Source: Patescibacteria group bacterium (GTDB taxonomy: Bacteria > Patescibacteriota > Microgenomatia > UBA1406 > GWC2-37-13). From it: a stretch of 30,048 nt of DNA. The stretch lies in assembly GCA_040881235.1 (NCBI GenBank), contig JBBEDP010000040.1, forward strand, positions 1 to 30,048, in the 5' to 3' direction. Position numbers and translations under genes: made by a program. The notes under the pieces were generated by a model. The model was not told the DNA's origin, ran no database searches, and saw only the letters and a program-made list of their open reading frames with translations. Each line of letters opens with the position of its first letter. Positions within the stretch are counted from its first letter, which is position 1. Below are positions 1 through 8,930 of this stretch, piece after piece.

Positions 1-791
1 TTACTTAATCCTCCAGCTGTAAAAATTCCTAAAACTCCGCCCCCAATGAGTATATTGAATATGTTGCTTCCTAAAATATTACCAACAACCAATTTGTCCT
101 CTTTTTTTATTATTCCAAAAACAGATATAGCAAGTTCTGGAAGCGAAGTACCTATGGCTATTGCTGTGATTCCTATAATAACGCTTGGAACTTGAAATAA
201 ATCTGCTAACAAAAGTCCATAGTTTATTGTCAAACGACTTCCAATAACAATCAGAAGCAACGAAAATATGAAAACAAGAATTATCTTAAATAAACTCTTA
301 TCTGTTGTTTTAATGTTTTTCAACATTTTTTTGTCTTCGTACGCAGCTCCCACAAACCCTTGTTTCACATTATGGATTATCAATAAAGCCCCTAATATTA
401 AAAATAAAGTTCCAAAAGCTATATTTAATGAATTAAACACAAGTATTATAAAAAACAATAGGCTTAACCCTCCATTTATAATGGAATTTCTTTGCGTCTT
501 AAATCTTCCAATTTTTAATGGATTAAGTAAAATGGATATACCAAACACTAATCCTATATTTGCAATATTAGAACCTATTATATTTCCAAGAGCTATATCT
601 GTTGTCTTTTCAATACCTCCAAACAAAGCGATTGCGATTTCTGGTAAAGATGTTCCTATAGAGACGGCTGTTATGCCGATTATAAGAGGTGAGATTTTAA
701 CTTTATTTGCTAAAGCAAGTGAGTTGTTTACAATACTTGATGCTCCAACTAGTAGAAGCGCTAATCCTACTGCAAAATAAAAAATCTCCAT
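1..791 (-). CDS. Calcium/sodium antiporter (CaCA/YrbG family), 3'-truncated by the window edge; absent from the ORF track
   Basis: Manual translation from ATG at 791 gives MEIFYFAVGLALLLVGASSIVNNS... with two alpha-repeats, GTSLPEI...GNIIGSNIANI and GTSLPEL...GNILGSNIFNI. The frame is open to position 1. Confidence 0.92.
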   Translation of the reverse strand, partial: MEIFYFAVGLALLLVGASSIVNNSLALANKVKISPLIIGITAVSIGTSLPEIAIALFGGIEKTTDIALGNIIGSNIANIGLVFGISILLNPLKIGRFKTQRNSIINGGLSLLFFIILVFNSLNIAFGTLFLILGALLIIHNVKQGFVGAAYEDKKMLKNIKTTDKSLFKIILVFIFSLLLIVIGSRLTINYGLLLADLFQVPSVIIGITAIAIGTSLPELAISVFGIIKKEDKLVVGNILGSNIFNILIGGGVLGIFTAGGLS

Positions 792-827
792 TGTTATTAT
801 TATAGATTAACAAATAAATAGATAATA

Positions 828-856
828 TTGAAAGTAAAGCTATAATGTTATATTAT
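828..856 (+). promoter_or_regulatory. Sigma70-type promoter for the YtxH-like gene; probably leaderless
   Basis: TTGAAA(828-833)-17 bp-TATTAT(851-856), ATG 5 nt later. A second TATAAT lies at 841-846. Confidence 0.55.
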
Positions 857-861
857 TAAGC

Positions 862-1281
862 ATGGTTGATAAAAAAGGAAAATTTGGTTTAGGTTTACTT
901 CTTGGAGCTGTTGGTGGAGCATTAGCCGGTCTATTCTTGGCTCCTCAATCTGGAAAAGAGACTCAAAAAGACGCTAAAAAACTATACGAAAAATTAAAAA
1001 AGAATTTAACAAAAGAAAAGCTCGAAAAAAAAGTAAAAGTTATATTTGGAAAAGTAACAAAAGAAACGCAAGCAACATATCTAAAAGCAAGAGGAATGTT
1101 AATTGACGCGGCAGTTGGAATAGGTGATAGGTTAGATAAGGTAGATAAGAAGAAGTACCAAAAGATCATTGACGATTTGGTTTCAAACGTTGAAAAGACA
1201 AGCAAATATTCATCCGCTACACTTAAGAAGCTCAATAAAGAATTAGTCAAAGACTGGCAATCAATTACGAAGACCTCTTAA
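862..1281 (+). CDS. YtxH-domain protein
   Basis: N-terminal FGLGLLLGAVGGALAGLFLAPQSGKET followed by a Lys-rich helical tail, typical of YtxH. Confidence 0.85.
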   Translation: MVDKKGKFGLGLLLGAVGGALAGLFLAPQSGKETQKDAKKLYEKLKKNLTKEKLEKKVKVIFGKVTKETQATYLKARGMLIDAAVGIGDRLDKVDKKKYQKIIDDLVSNVEKTSKYSSATLKKLNKELVKDWQSITKTS

Positions 1282-4200
1282 ATCTCCCATTAAATAATAT
1301 CCAAGAAAACGTAATCACAAGCAAAAGAAACCCAAAATATTCAAGATACTGAGGCCAAAACACAAATTTTACATTTTTTACGTCCGTATCTTCATCGATA
1401 ATCCACCCATTCGCCCAATTATCTACCAAAACATGATTTTTAAGCCTTTTTCCTTTTACATAAGCTGACCAGTTTTTTTCATAAGCATTATCAAATTTGA
1501 TGATTCTATTTTTTTGCAAACTTTCGGAATTCAAAATTTTTATTCCTTGTATATAAGAGTATGGGAAAGGTATAATCTTGATAGATTTTAGTCTATTGAC
1601 GCTTTCTGTATCTCCGATTGAAATGTTTCTTAGTATTAGATGATATCCACCAGAATGATTATATTTTGGAATTATAAAATAATCAGTGTCGATATTTTTA
1701 AACGCTGACAATTCTTCTTCTAATACACATTTTTTGGTTGAATCTTCTTCTAAACATACTTTTAGTGGCAAACCAGAAAGATTTTGTGACTCAATACCCA
1801 AAATATATGAACTTCTTTCATCAATGTCTGAAAATGAGAAACTTTCACAAATTGTTCCTTCAATAGCGCGATATTCTAACATATCTCCGCTTATGTCTTT
1901 AATGATTTTTTTATCAATAAATCTTGATTGTGTTATTGCACAATCTTTTTTTTCACTATTTACTTGGCGAGCGATTATATTAATTTTATCCTCTGGAAAT
2001 ATACCTTCAAGTTGTAAATTATCTTTTATGCTTTCTGAAAAATTGTCTGAATTGGTTGAAAAATTGCCTACCACGCTTTGTGTAGGATATCCAATATTAA
2101 GGTTAGTAATTGAGAGAGTAGAGGATTTAGATAGGGTTTTAGCATTAAATAAAAATCTTAGGCTTAAGTTGCTGATATTTGACTCACCTGGATATATGTC
2201 CTGATGGGATGTTGATTTGTGAATGCTTGGTAACAATATTTTTTTGTTCAAGCAGGATTTTAAAATATTATCATAAAAACAAAATTCCCCTCGACTATTA
2301 AATGGAACCTTATATTTAAAATTGATTAGAGCTGTGTTTTTTGGTATGTTTTGTACTTGAACGAGATTTGTTAAAGGCAGGTCAATACACACCGATGCGT
2401 TTTGAGCTAATATTTCAAACCCATTTTCAATAATATTAGACCCAAATAATTGGTTATTGTTGGCACCATCGCATAAATAAGGGTTTAAATTGAAATCTTT
2501 TAATGGCAAGATATTTAAAGAGTTGTTGTTAAAAAGTCTTAAGTTATTTTGATTTTTGGTATATAGGCTAATTTCGCCGAGGTAAGTCTTATTTGTTGTT
2601 ATCAAACTAGGAAAGCTTAAGAGCTTATTGTTAATAGCCAAGGCATTAAAGTTATCGATGCTCCCGGAACGCATAATTTCTGTAATTGGAGTTGAGCTTG
2701 TAGGAATAAGATATTCTATTAATAAACTTCTACCATTTTTATCAGTAATTAAATACAAACTTGCTTTTAATACATCTTCTGAGTCTATAAGCGACGGCAA
2801 TGCAACGGCAGAATTTTTAGGTATATTTCTATCGAGAATTAATTTATATAAGTTATTTCCTACATCCAAAATATTTTTATTTACTCTTTCATTTCTGTTT
2901 AAAATATTACGAGCGGGGTATATTATTTCATTTTTTTGATCGTTGCTTGATATATATGTAGAATTATCAAGATATGCTTGATCAAAATGCGAGGATGAGT
3001 AATTTGGACTTATTTGTACTGCTTCGAGCATTTTTGAAGTAGAAAAGTTGTTTGCATTTTCGTATTCATAAACATATAGATTGTCAAAATCTTTAACTTT
3101 TGTAAGGCTATCTAACGAAGATAAAAGTTTTGAGGATTGAGGGATATATAATTCTTCAGGACTAGAGCCATCAAGGTTTTTTATGTTCTCGTCAAGCAGA
3201 ATATATTTAATGTTGTATTTATCTAATAACGATTGGAAAAGATTAGCGTTATTAGAATACAAAGCGTAGGATAGCTCTCTATACGATTGTTCATTATAAG
3301 GGTACCACCTATCAAACTCTCTATTTAAGGTTGGTTGTTTAATTCCAAACCAATTAAAACCAGCACCTTGATAAACTTGTGAATTATCTCCTTCTTCCCA
3401 TACGTAATAGTTCCATCCAAAAACTGTATGCATTGGAAGAGTAAGAACTCTTCCATTTTCTTTTGAATCAAACCAATCAAACAATTCAAAATATTGATTT
3501 GGAATATTAACACGAACGATTGGACTTATAAATCCACCTCTAAAAGCCGGAGCTGAGTAAATCAAAATCAATATTATTAAAGTATAAAAATAAACAGAAA
3601 TAACAGTGTAATCTTTAATTTTGAGAAAAATTTGTAGTAGTTTTTTAAGAACGTACTTGTTCATATAAGCAAAAAAGATTGAGAGGACGAAAATAAGATT
3701 TATAGAGAATTTTGTAAACGGAAACCTTAAAAGTTCAGCAAGTAGTTTATTTGAGCTTCTTAAGAAGTCAAAAATTTGTGATAAGACTGGGGTGTTTGAC
3801 AACAAAAAAAATATAGAAATCGCAGCAATTGGTAAAAGTGCAACTAATATGTTCTTTCGTTTTTTTATAGCGACTAAAATACCAGCAAGAGATAGAGTAG
3901 AGAAGGCGTAGCCTAAAAATGAGATTAGAGGATTAGATAGATGGATTATCCAATCTGATAAAAGAGCTTTTGATTCTTTCGCGTTATTAAAGATTGACCA
4001 ATCAAATAAAAAATTTCTAAATAGTAGCAAATCTGATATATTTCCATATTTTTTATTAAAATAAAATGCTTCTGAAGTAAATAATCTATTTATTTTAGAG
4101 CCAATAACATCAACTCCGTAATTTATACCGTAATACATATTAGGAATAATCCAAAAAGAGTTAATAGAAAGGGTAGAAATAAGTAGAATTAGAGATCTTG

Positions 4201-4891
4201 AAAAAAGATGTTTAATACTTTGCCTTTTTAGTAAATAAAACGTTCCTATAAATAATAAAAGTCCAAGGTAATATACATACCATAAAGTTCCAGTATGTCC
4301 CATTGATGAGGAAAATAGAGCCAATAGAGCAAAAATAATTAAGTTTTTTCTTTTACCAGATATTAAATACTTAATAGTAAAAAGATATATAAATCCTAAT
4401 AGCGCAAATTTCATAGCAAACATTTCGAACGGAACAATAAAATGCTGCATGGTTCCGATATTTAACAAATAAAATAGAGCTCCTAAAAAAGCAGATGCGT
4501 TTATTAATAATTCATTTTTATCAGAGGATTCTAAAATAAAAATGTATTTAATTAGTAAATAGATTCCTACAGGACCTAATATGATTGTTAGCAAAAAATA
4601 AGAGTATCTAACAAATTCTAAAGGAATTACCCAGCTAAATATCCAAAGCAAAAAAGCACGCGGAATATCTGCCACATGAGCCTGCGAAGCTGGGGCTCCA
4701 AGTCCTTGATGATCTTGCCAAAATGAAAAAGCTCGTTGGAAATAAAGCTTGAAATTAAATTCCGGATGAAGAGTATCCCACCCTGATAAAAAAGTTCCGG
4801 GTGTATAATTATTAAAGAATAAGAAAACAGCTATAAGTATTAAAAAAAGTAAAAAATAATCAATTTTTAGCTTTTTAAAGTATGACAACAT
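1265..4891 (-). CDS. Large polytopic membrane protein, putative GT-C glycosyltransferase (YfhO/AftD-like) with a large extracytoplasmic region
   Basis: 1208 aa with about 12-13 N-terminal hydrophobic helices, GWDTLHPE loop after TM1, KYNIKYILLD motif, Cys-paired soluble domains, and a C-terminal NWSAY...LVDNWANGW motif plus final TM helix. Family assigned from motif recall. Confidence 0.65.
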   Translation of the reverse strand: MLSYFKKLKIDYFLLFLILIAVFLFFNNYTPGTFLSGWDTLHPEFNFKLYFQRAFSFWQDHQGLGAPASQAHVADIPRAFLLWIFSWVIPLEFVRYSYFLLTIILGPVGIYLLIKYIFILESSDKNELLINASAFLGALFYLLNIGTMQHFIVPFEMFAMKFALLGFIYLFTIKYLISGKRKNLIIFALLALFSSSMGHTGTLWYVYYLGLLLFIGTFYLLKRQSIKHLFSRSLILLISTLSINSFWIIPNMYYGINYGVDVIGSKINRLFTSEAFYFNKKYGNISDLLLFRNFLFDWSIFNNAKESKALLSDWIIHLSNPLISFLGYAFSTLSLAGILVAIKKRKNILVALLPIAAISIFFLLSNTPVLSQIFDFLRSSNKLLAELLRFPFTKFSINLIFVLSIFFAYMNKYVLKKLLQIFLKIKDYTVISVYFYTLIILILIYSAPAFRGGFISPIVRVNIPNQYFELFDWFDSKENGRVLTLPMHTVFGWNYYVWEEGDNSQVYQGAGFNWFGIKQPTLNREFDRWYPYNEQSYRELSYALYSNNANLFQSLLDKYNIKYILLDENIKNLDGSSPEELYIPQSSKLLSSLDSLTKVKDFDNLYVYEYENANNFSTSKMLEAVQISPNYSSSHFDQAYLDNSTYISSNDQKNEIIYPARNILNRNERVNKNILDVGNNLYKLILDRNIPKNSAVALPSLIDSEDVLKASLYLITDKNGRSLLIEYLIPTSSTPITEIMRSGSIDNFNALAINNKLLSFPSLITTNKTYLGEISLYTKNQNNLRLFNNNSLNILPLKDFNLNPYLCDGANNNQLFGSNIIENGFEILAQNASVCIDLPLTNLVQVQNIPKNTALINFKYKVPFNSRGEFCFYDNILKSCLNKKILLPSIHKSTSHQDIYPGESNISNLSLRFLFNAKTLSKSSTLSITNLNIGYPTQSVVGNFSTNSDNFSESIKDNLQLEGIFPEDKINIIARQVNSEKKDCAITQSRFIDKKIIKDISGDMLEYRAIEGTICESFSFSDIDERSSYILGIESQNLSGLPLKVCLEEDSTKKCVLEEELSAFKNIDTDYFIIPKYNHSGGYHLILRNISIGDTESVNRLKSIKIIPFPYSYIQGIKILNSESLQKNRIIKFDNAYEKNWSAYVKGKRLKNHVLVDNWANGWIIDEDTDVKNVKFVFWPQYLEYFGFLLLVITFSWILFNGRFKRSS

Positions 4892-4895
4892 AATT

Positions 4896-6527
4896 ATGGA
4901 TGACTCTTTAAATTATACAGAACTTCGCACGCATAAAAAAAGTAAGTATTTTTACCTATTAATAGCTCTCATAATATTTCATGTAATAGCTAATATAACT
5001 TGGATTATTCTAAATAATCAACCACCAACTTGGGACGCAGGTTTACATACAGTATTGAGCTTCAAGATTTATGAGTCATTTAGTAGTCTATTTACTGTAT
5101 CTAGCTACTATCCGCCATTCGTACATGTCATTGGAAGTATATTTGTATCCATACTTGGTTACAGCTTTAAATCAGTTGAACTTACAGGGACTCTTTTTTT
5201 TGTCACGGCTTTGATTTATATATATTTATATACTAAAGAACTAATCAAAAGTCCAAAAATAGCCTTCTTTTCTGCTCTATTTTTTAGCTTATTTATTACA
5301 ATATTCGATCAATCTAGATATCATATGCTCGATATTCCATTAACGGCTATGGTAGTTGGATCGTTATATTACCTTGAAAAATCCGATAATCTTATAAAAA
5401 AAAGGCCCAGCATGTTGTTTTTTCTTTTCTTTGCTTTAGCTATTTTGACAAAATGGTATGCTGTCATATTTATTACAATTCCACTTGTTTTTAGAGCAAT
5501 TGAGCTAATTAAAAATAGAGAATATTTTAGGGTTCAAATAAAAAACATATTATTAGGACTAGTCGTGTTTTTAGTATTGGTCTTACCTTGGTATTTAATA
5601 AACCTAAATTCACTTATAAATATTGCTGCGTATACTTCAACTGCAGAACTTGCTGATCCACAAAGCCGCTTTAGCATTGAAAACATTTTATTTTATCCAA
5701 AGCTCATTATTATATTCCAAACAAGCTTTTTAGGATTTATATTTTTTATTGTTTCTTTAGTATTTTTTATTAAGAATTCAATCAATAAACAGAAACTTTT
5801 AATATTTCTTTCTATTTTATTTATATATTCGGTATTTACATTAATAGCTAATAAAAATATTAGATACTTAATTCCGATGATGCCATTTGTAGCAATAATT
5901 ATGGGTTTTGGAGCAGACTGGATACTAAAAAAGGGTAAATTTTTATCTTCATTCTTATTTTCAGCTACGATTACTTATCTAGTATTATCATATTTTATCT
6001 TGTCCTTTGGTTTTCCGATCTACCCAAATTATCAATATGCTTTTAATTTCCCAATATTAGGTTGGACAGATGTATATTACCTTAATGATCATCCTATTAA
6101 GATCATTTATGAAGATAACCAAAAATTGCCATATAGTAATCTAGTAGAAGAAATATCAAGCTTGATAGATAATGACAATGTTAGGACTTTGACACTAGTA
6201 GATACGCCTTACATTAATGATTATTTACTAAACCCGAAATTATACTTTAAAGATTCCAAAGCAGAATTTAATATTACTGAGTATTTTCCGTTAAACAAAG
6301 TTGATGATATTAATAAATTTCTCAACGATAATGTAGATGTAATTATTACGTCAAAAAACTATATAGGTCTGGAAGGTGGGATACGTGAGTACAAGAGCGT
6401 AAAAAGATTTCATGAATTTGTACTTTCCGGAAAGCTCAAAAACTTTGAGAAAGTTAAGGAATACGAACTGATAGGGGATGAATACCACCCAAACGACACT
6501 ATTATATTACTTAAGAAAGTTTTTTAA
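4896..6527 (+). CDS. ArnT/PMT-like (GT39/GT83) GT-C glycosyltransferase
   Basis: PPTWDAGLH after TM1, YYPPFVH, DIPLTAM, LTKW and KNIRYLIP motifs, many TM helices and a soluble C-terminal domain. Confidence 0.8.
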   Translation: MDDSLNYTELRTHKKSKYFYLLIALIIFHVIANITWIILNNQPPTWDAGLHTVLSFKIYESFSSLFTVSSYYPPFVHVIGSIFVSILGYSFKSVELTGTLFFVTALIYIYLYTKELIKSPKIAFFSALFFSLFITIFDQSRYHMLDIPLTAMVVGSLYYLEKSDNLIKKRPSMLFFLFFALAILTKWYAVIFITIPLVFRAIELIKNREYFRVQIKNILLGLVVFLVLVLPWYLINLNSLINIAAYTSTAELADPQSRFSIENILFYPKLIIIFQTSFLGFIFFIVSLVFFIKNSINKQKLLIFLSILFIYSVFTLIANKNIRYLIPMMPFVAIIMGFGADWILKKGKFLSSFLFSATITYLVLSYFILSFGFPIYPNYQYAFNFPILGWTDVYYLNDHPIKIIYEDNQKLPYSNLVEEISSLIDNDNVRTLTLVDTPYINDYLLNPKLYFKDSKAEFNITEYFPLNKVDDINKFLNDNVDVIITSKNYIGLEGGIREYKSVKRFHEFVLSGKLKNFEKVKEYELIGDEYHPNDTIILLKKVF

Positions 6528-7486
6528 CTGTTATTAATTGGAGTTGGAAGAAATTCTCCTGTTATCATATTTATAGCTACGTAGGCTAATTTATTAACAA
6601 CATTATCTTCTCCATATATAGGGTAGAAAGTTACTCTTGTCCATGCATTTTCATCTCCGTTTTCTATACCTTTGGCGTCTATGAAGTCAGTTGTTATAGT
6701 ATATTCGCAACCAGTAGCTCCACAGTTTGTTCCTGACATTGCCGCATAGAGCATGTCTTGAGAGAATTGTTCAAGGTTTATTATTTGACCGTTATCAGTA
6801 TTAACCTCTTCATGTCTAGTATCTGCGGCGTGGTTTTTGTATGCAAACCCTACTGCAAATTTATTAAATTTCCAGCCTTGATTTAAGTCTGCTGAAGTGC
6901 CATCATCTGCAACACCTCTGATATATGTAAGATATACGTTGTTTTCTTTCCATGGAAGTTCTATTTGGAAACCGTTTGGAGCGGTAAGAGTTCCACGTCC
7001 GTGAGAAAGATACGCATATGCACCTTCAGGTGCATTTACAATTACCGGACCTTCGTAATCTAATGGGTGACCAGTTCCTGGATCTCTTTCAATCCCAGAA
7101 TTTGTAGTACTTGCTACAAAGTTCATTACAGGTTCAATTTGAGTTACTAAACCTGCTAAGTTTTCTAATTCGCCCTTAACCTGTTCTTTGGTAAGTTCAG
7201 GATAAGCTTCTTGAAAATCCTTTGCGTAATACTCAAATCTATCTGTAGGTAAGGCTTCCGTAGTTGTAGTTGTTTCTGGAATTGTCGTTGCCTCTGGCAA
7301 AGTGGATGATGTAGTTGTAGGAAGTACTTCAGTTGTTGATGTCGAACTTATTGTACTTGTTGACGCTTCTATTGCTCCATTATCATTGCCACAAGCAGCA
7401 AGAAGGGCTGGAGAAGCTAATGCTCCTACCATGGCGAAAATTGCGCTTTTTGGTAAATGTGATTGTGGATTTTCTGAGTGGTTCAT
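6524..7486 (-). CDS. Putative lipoprotein with Ser/Thr-rich linker, unknown function
   Basis: Hydrophobic signal ending in lipobox LLAAC (Cys32, codon 7391-7393), then STSTISSTSTTEVLPTTTSSTLPEATTIPETTTTTEALPT and a globular domain with NCGATGC. A strong promoter lies upstream. Confidence 0.75.
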   Translation of the reverse strand: MNHSENPQSHLPKSAIFAMVGALASPALLAACGNDNGAIEASTSTISSTSTTEVLPTTTSSTLPEATTIPETTTTTEALPTDRFEYYAKDFQEAYPELTKEQVKGELENLAGLVTQIEPVMNFVASTTNSGIERDPGTGHPLDYEGPVIVNAPEGAYAYLSHGRGTLTAPNGFQIELPWKENNVYLTYIRGVADDGTSADLNQGWKFNKFAVGFAYKNHAADTRHEEVNTDNGQIINLEQFSQDMLYAAMSGTNCGATGCEYTITTDFIDAKGIENGDENAWTRVTFYPIYGEDNVVNKLAYVAINMITGEFLPTPINNS

Positions 7487-7503
7487 ATTATTACTTATCT
7501 TAT

Positions 7504-7531
7504 AGTATACAATAAATTTTTAATCTGTCAA
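7504..7531 (-). promoter_or_regulatory. Sigma70 promoter for the lipoprotein gene
   Basis: Minus strand TTGACA(7526-7531)-16 bp-TATACT(7504-7509). Confidence 0.7.
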
Positions 7532-7584
7532 GTGTTAAAAGGTTTTATCTTACTTATATATATACCTATATTAAAAATTATTAA

Positions 7585-8235
7585 TTAGTTTCTTTTTCTT
7601 AACCAAATTCCTGTTCCAACTCCAAGACCTTGAAGAACTAAAAGTCCAAGTCCTAGTCCTGGTCCAGCTGCTGGCACTTCTTTTACACCAACTACTTGTT
7701 TTTCAATACAGAATTGTGATGTGTCTTCGTCAAATACGCTGTCGCCTGAAGCTTGTGCCTTATTTACTAAACAGATAACACCTTTATCACTTGGTAGTGC
7801 TTCTTGGCCAGCTATCTTAAAAGTAAAAGAATATGTTTTTTCCTCTCCTTTTGCAAAGTCTCCAGCGTTTATAGTTATTGTTCTATTTTCGCTGCTGTAT
7901 GAACCTGGGCCTAATACTTTTGTTAGGTATGAAGGAACAAATTCAGATACAGTAATACCATAAAGTTTGGCATCTGATGTATTTTTTACTGTTATTTTAA
8001 ATAATACTTCTTGACCTGGATCAAATCTAAAGTCTGAAGATGAAAGATTGTCTAGATAATCTATTGAAGATCCTCCCTTAGATTGAAAAGGCTTTCCAAC
8101 CTTTTTATCTAAAAGAATAGACTTTGATACATCTGGTCCACCGTATGGGCCGTATTGTGCAAATACAGGTGAGAAAGATCCTGCAAATAGAACAAGCGCT
8201 ATTATGTAAGTTACTAGTCTTTGATTTTTATTCAT
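7585..8235 (-). CDS. Secreted DUF11-like Ig-fold surface protein with C-terminal sortase-like anchor
   Basis: Signal peptide ending VFA|QYG; DUF11-like core LDKKV...PGQEVLFKITVKNT...ITVSEFVPSYL...LVNKAQA; tail VPAAGP + hydrophobic helix + RKRN. Confidence 0.72.
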   Translation of the reverse strand: MNKNQRLVTYIIALVLFAGSFSPVFAQYGPYGGPDVSKSILLDKKVGKPFQSKGGSSIDYLDNLSSSDFRFDPGQEVLFKITVKNTSDAKLYGITVSEFVPSYLTKVLGPGSYSSENRTITINAGDFAKGEEKTYSFTFKIAGQEALPSDKGVICLVNKAQASGDSVFDEDTSQFCIEKQVVGVKEVPAAGPGLGLGLLVLQGLGVGTGIWLRKRN

Positions 8236-8248
8236 ATTACTAAATAGA

Positions 8249-8276
8249 ATTATACTATAAGATTAAGGTTTGTCAA
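8249..8276 (-). promoter_or_regulatory. Consensus sigma70 promoter for the DUF11-like gene
   Basis: Minus strand TTGACA(8271-8276)-16 bp-TATAAT(8249-8254), ATG 13 nt downstream. Confidence 0.75.
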
Positions 8277-8304
8277 CTATAGGACAGTAATATACAAATT
8301 ATTA

Positions 8305-8380
8305 ATTAAATGATTAAAGTATTAACGCATTAACGGATTAATATGTTAATTCGCAATTCGTTAATAGTAAATTTGTAATT
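8305..8380. repeat. Degenerate period-8 array (ATTAAnnn x6) continuing as about 7-bp GTAATT-like units
   Basis: TTAA cores at 8306, 8314, 8322, 8330, 8338 and 8346 (exact 8-bp period): attaaatg attaaagt attaacgc attaacgg attaatat gttaattc. Confidence 0.75.
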
Positions 8381-8393
8381 GTTATAATTGTGT

Positions 8394-8930
8394 ATGAAAC
8401 TTAATGCGAAAGAACTTCGAGATATTGATGAAGGTAAGGCTAAAAGAACCTTAAAAAACATCAAGAGGCGACCATTGTATTTTATACTTGAGGATATATA
8501 TGATACCTACAACGTCGGCGGGATATTTCGTCTTGCTGACGCTTTAAATGTGTCAAAAATATATATTTGTGGACAAACAGAAATACCACCAAATCATAAA
8601 ATAGTAAAAGCATCAATAGGCACATATAAGATAGTGCCTTGGGAGTATAAAAAGTCTGCTGTTGAGGCAATTAACGTTTTACGTTCCACGTTACACGTTC
8701 CACGAATCATTGCAGTAGAACAAGACGCGCAGGCTGTTGATTATACAAAAGTAGATTATTCCTACCCATTAGCCTTGATATTGGGGAATGAGACATCTGG
8801 AGTAAAGAAAGAGACGCTTAAATCAGCAGATCAAATAGTTGAAATCCCTATGTGGGGGATAAACAAATCGTTAAATGTTATTGTTTCGGCTGCAATAGTA
8901 GGCTATTGGGTAGCAGAGAGTATTAGATAA
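8394..8930 (+). CDS. TrmH/SpoU family RNA 2'-O-methyltransferase
   Basis: ILEDIYDTYNVGGIFRLAD, LILGNETSGV and VEIPMWGINKSLNVIVSAAI SPOUT motifs. Start moved to ATG 8394, 5 nt after TATAAT(8383-8388), instead of TTG 8388. Confidence 0.93.
   Translation: MKLNAKELRDIDEGKAKRTLKNIKRRPLYFILEDIYDTYNVGGIFRLADALNVSKIYICGQTEIPPNHKIVKASIGTYKIVPWEYKKSAVEAINVLRSTLHVPRIIAVEQDAQAVDYTKVDYSYPLALILGNETSGVKKETLKSADQIVEIPMWGINKSLNVIVSAAIVGYWVAESIR
8673..8707 (+). repeat. Five-unit degenerate heptamer array inside the TrmH-family CDS
   Basis: aacgttt tacgttc cacgtta cacgttc cacgaat, translated as NVLRSTLHVPR. Confidence 0.8.

Noticed and set aside
268-780. 170-aa + strand ORF from the track
   Set aside because: Antisense shadow of the Ca2+/Na+ antiporter, which has clear family motifs on the minus strand.
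963-3513. ORFs 963-1250, 1686-2204, 2628-2939 and 3325-3513
   Set aside because: Nested in or antisense to longer genes with recognisable features; no motifs or promoters.
8388-8393. TTG start for the TrmH-like gene
   Set aside because: It overlaps the TATAAT box; ATG at 8394 fits the -10 spacing seen elsewhere.
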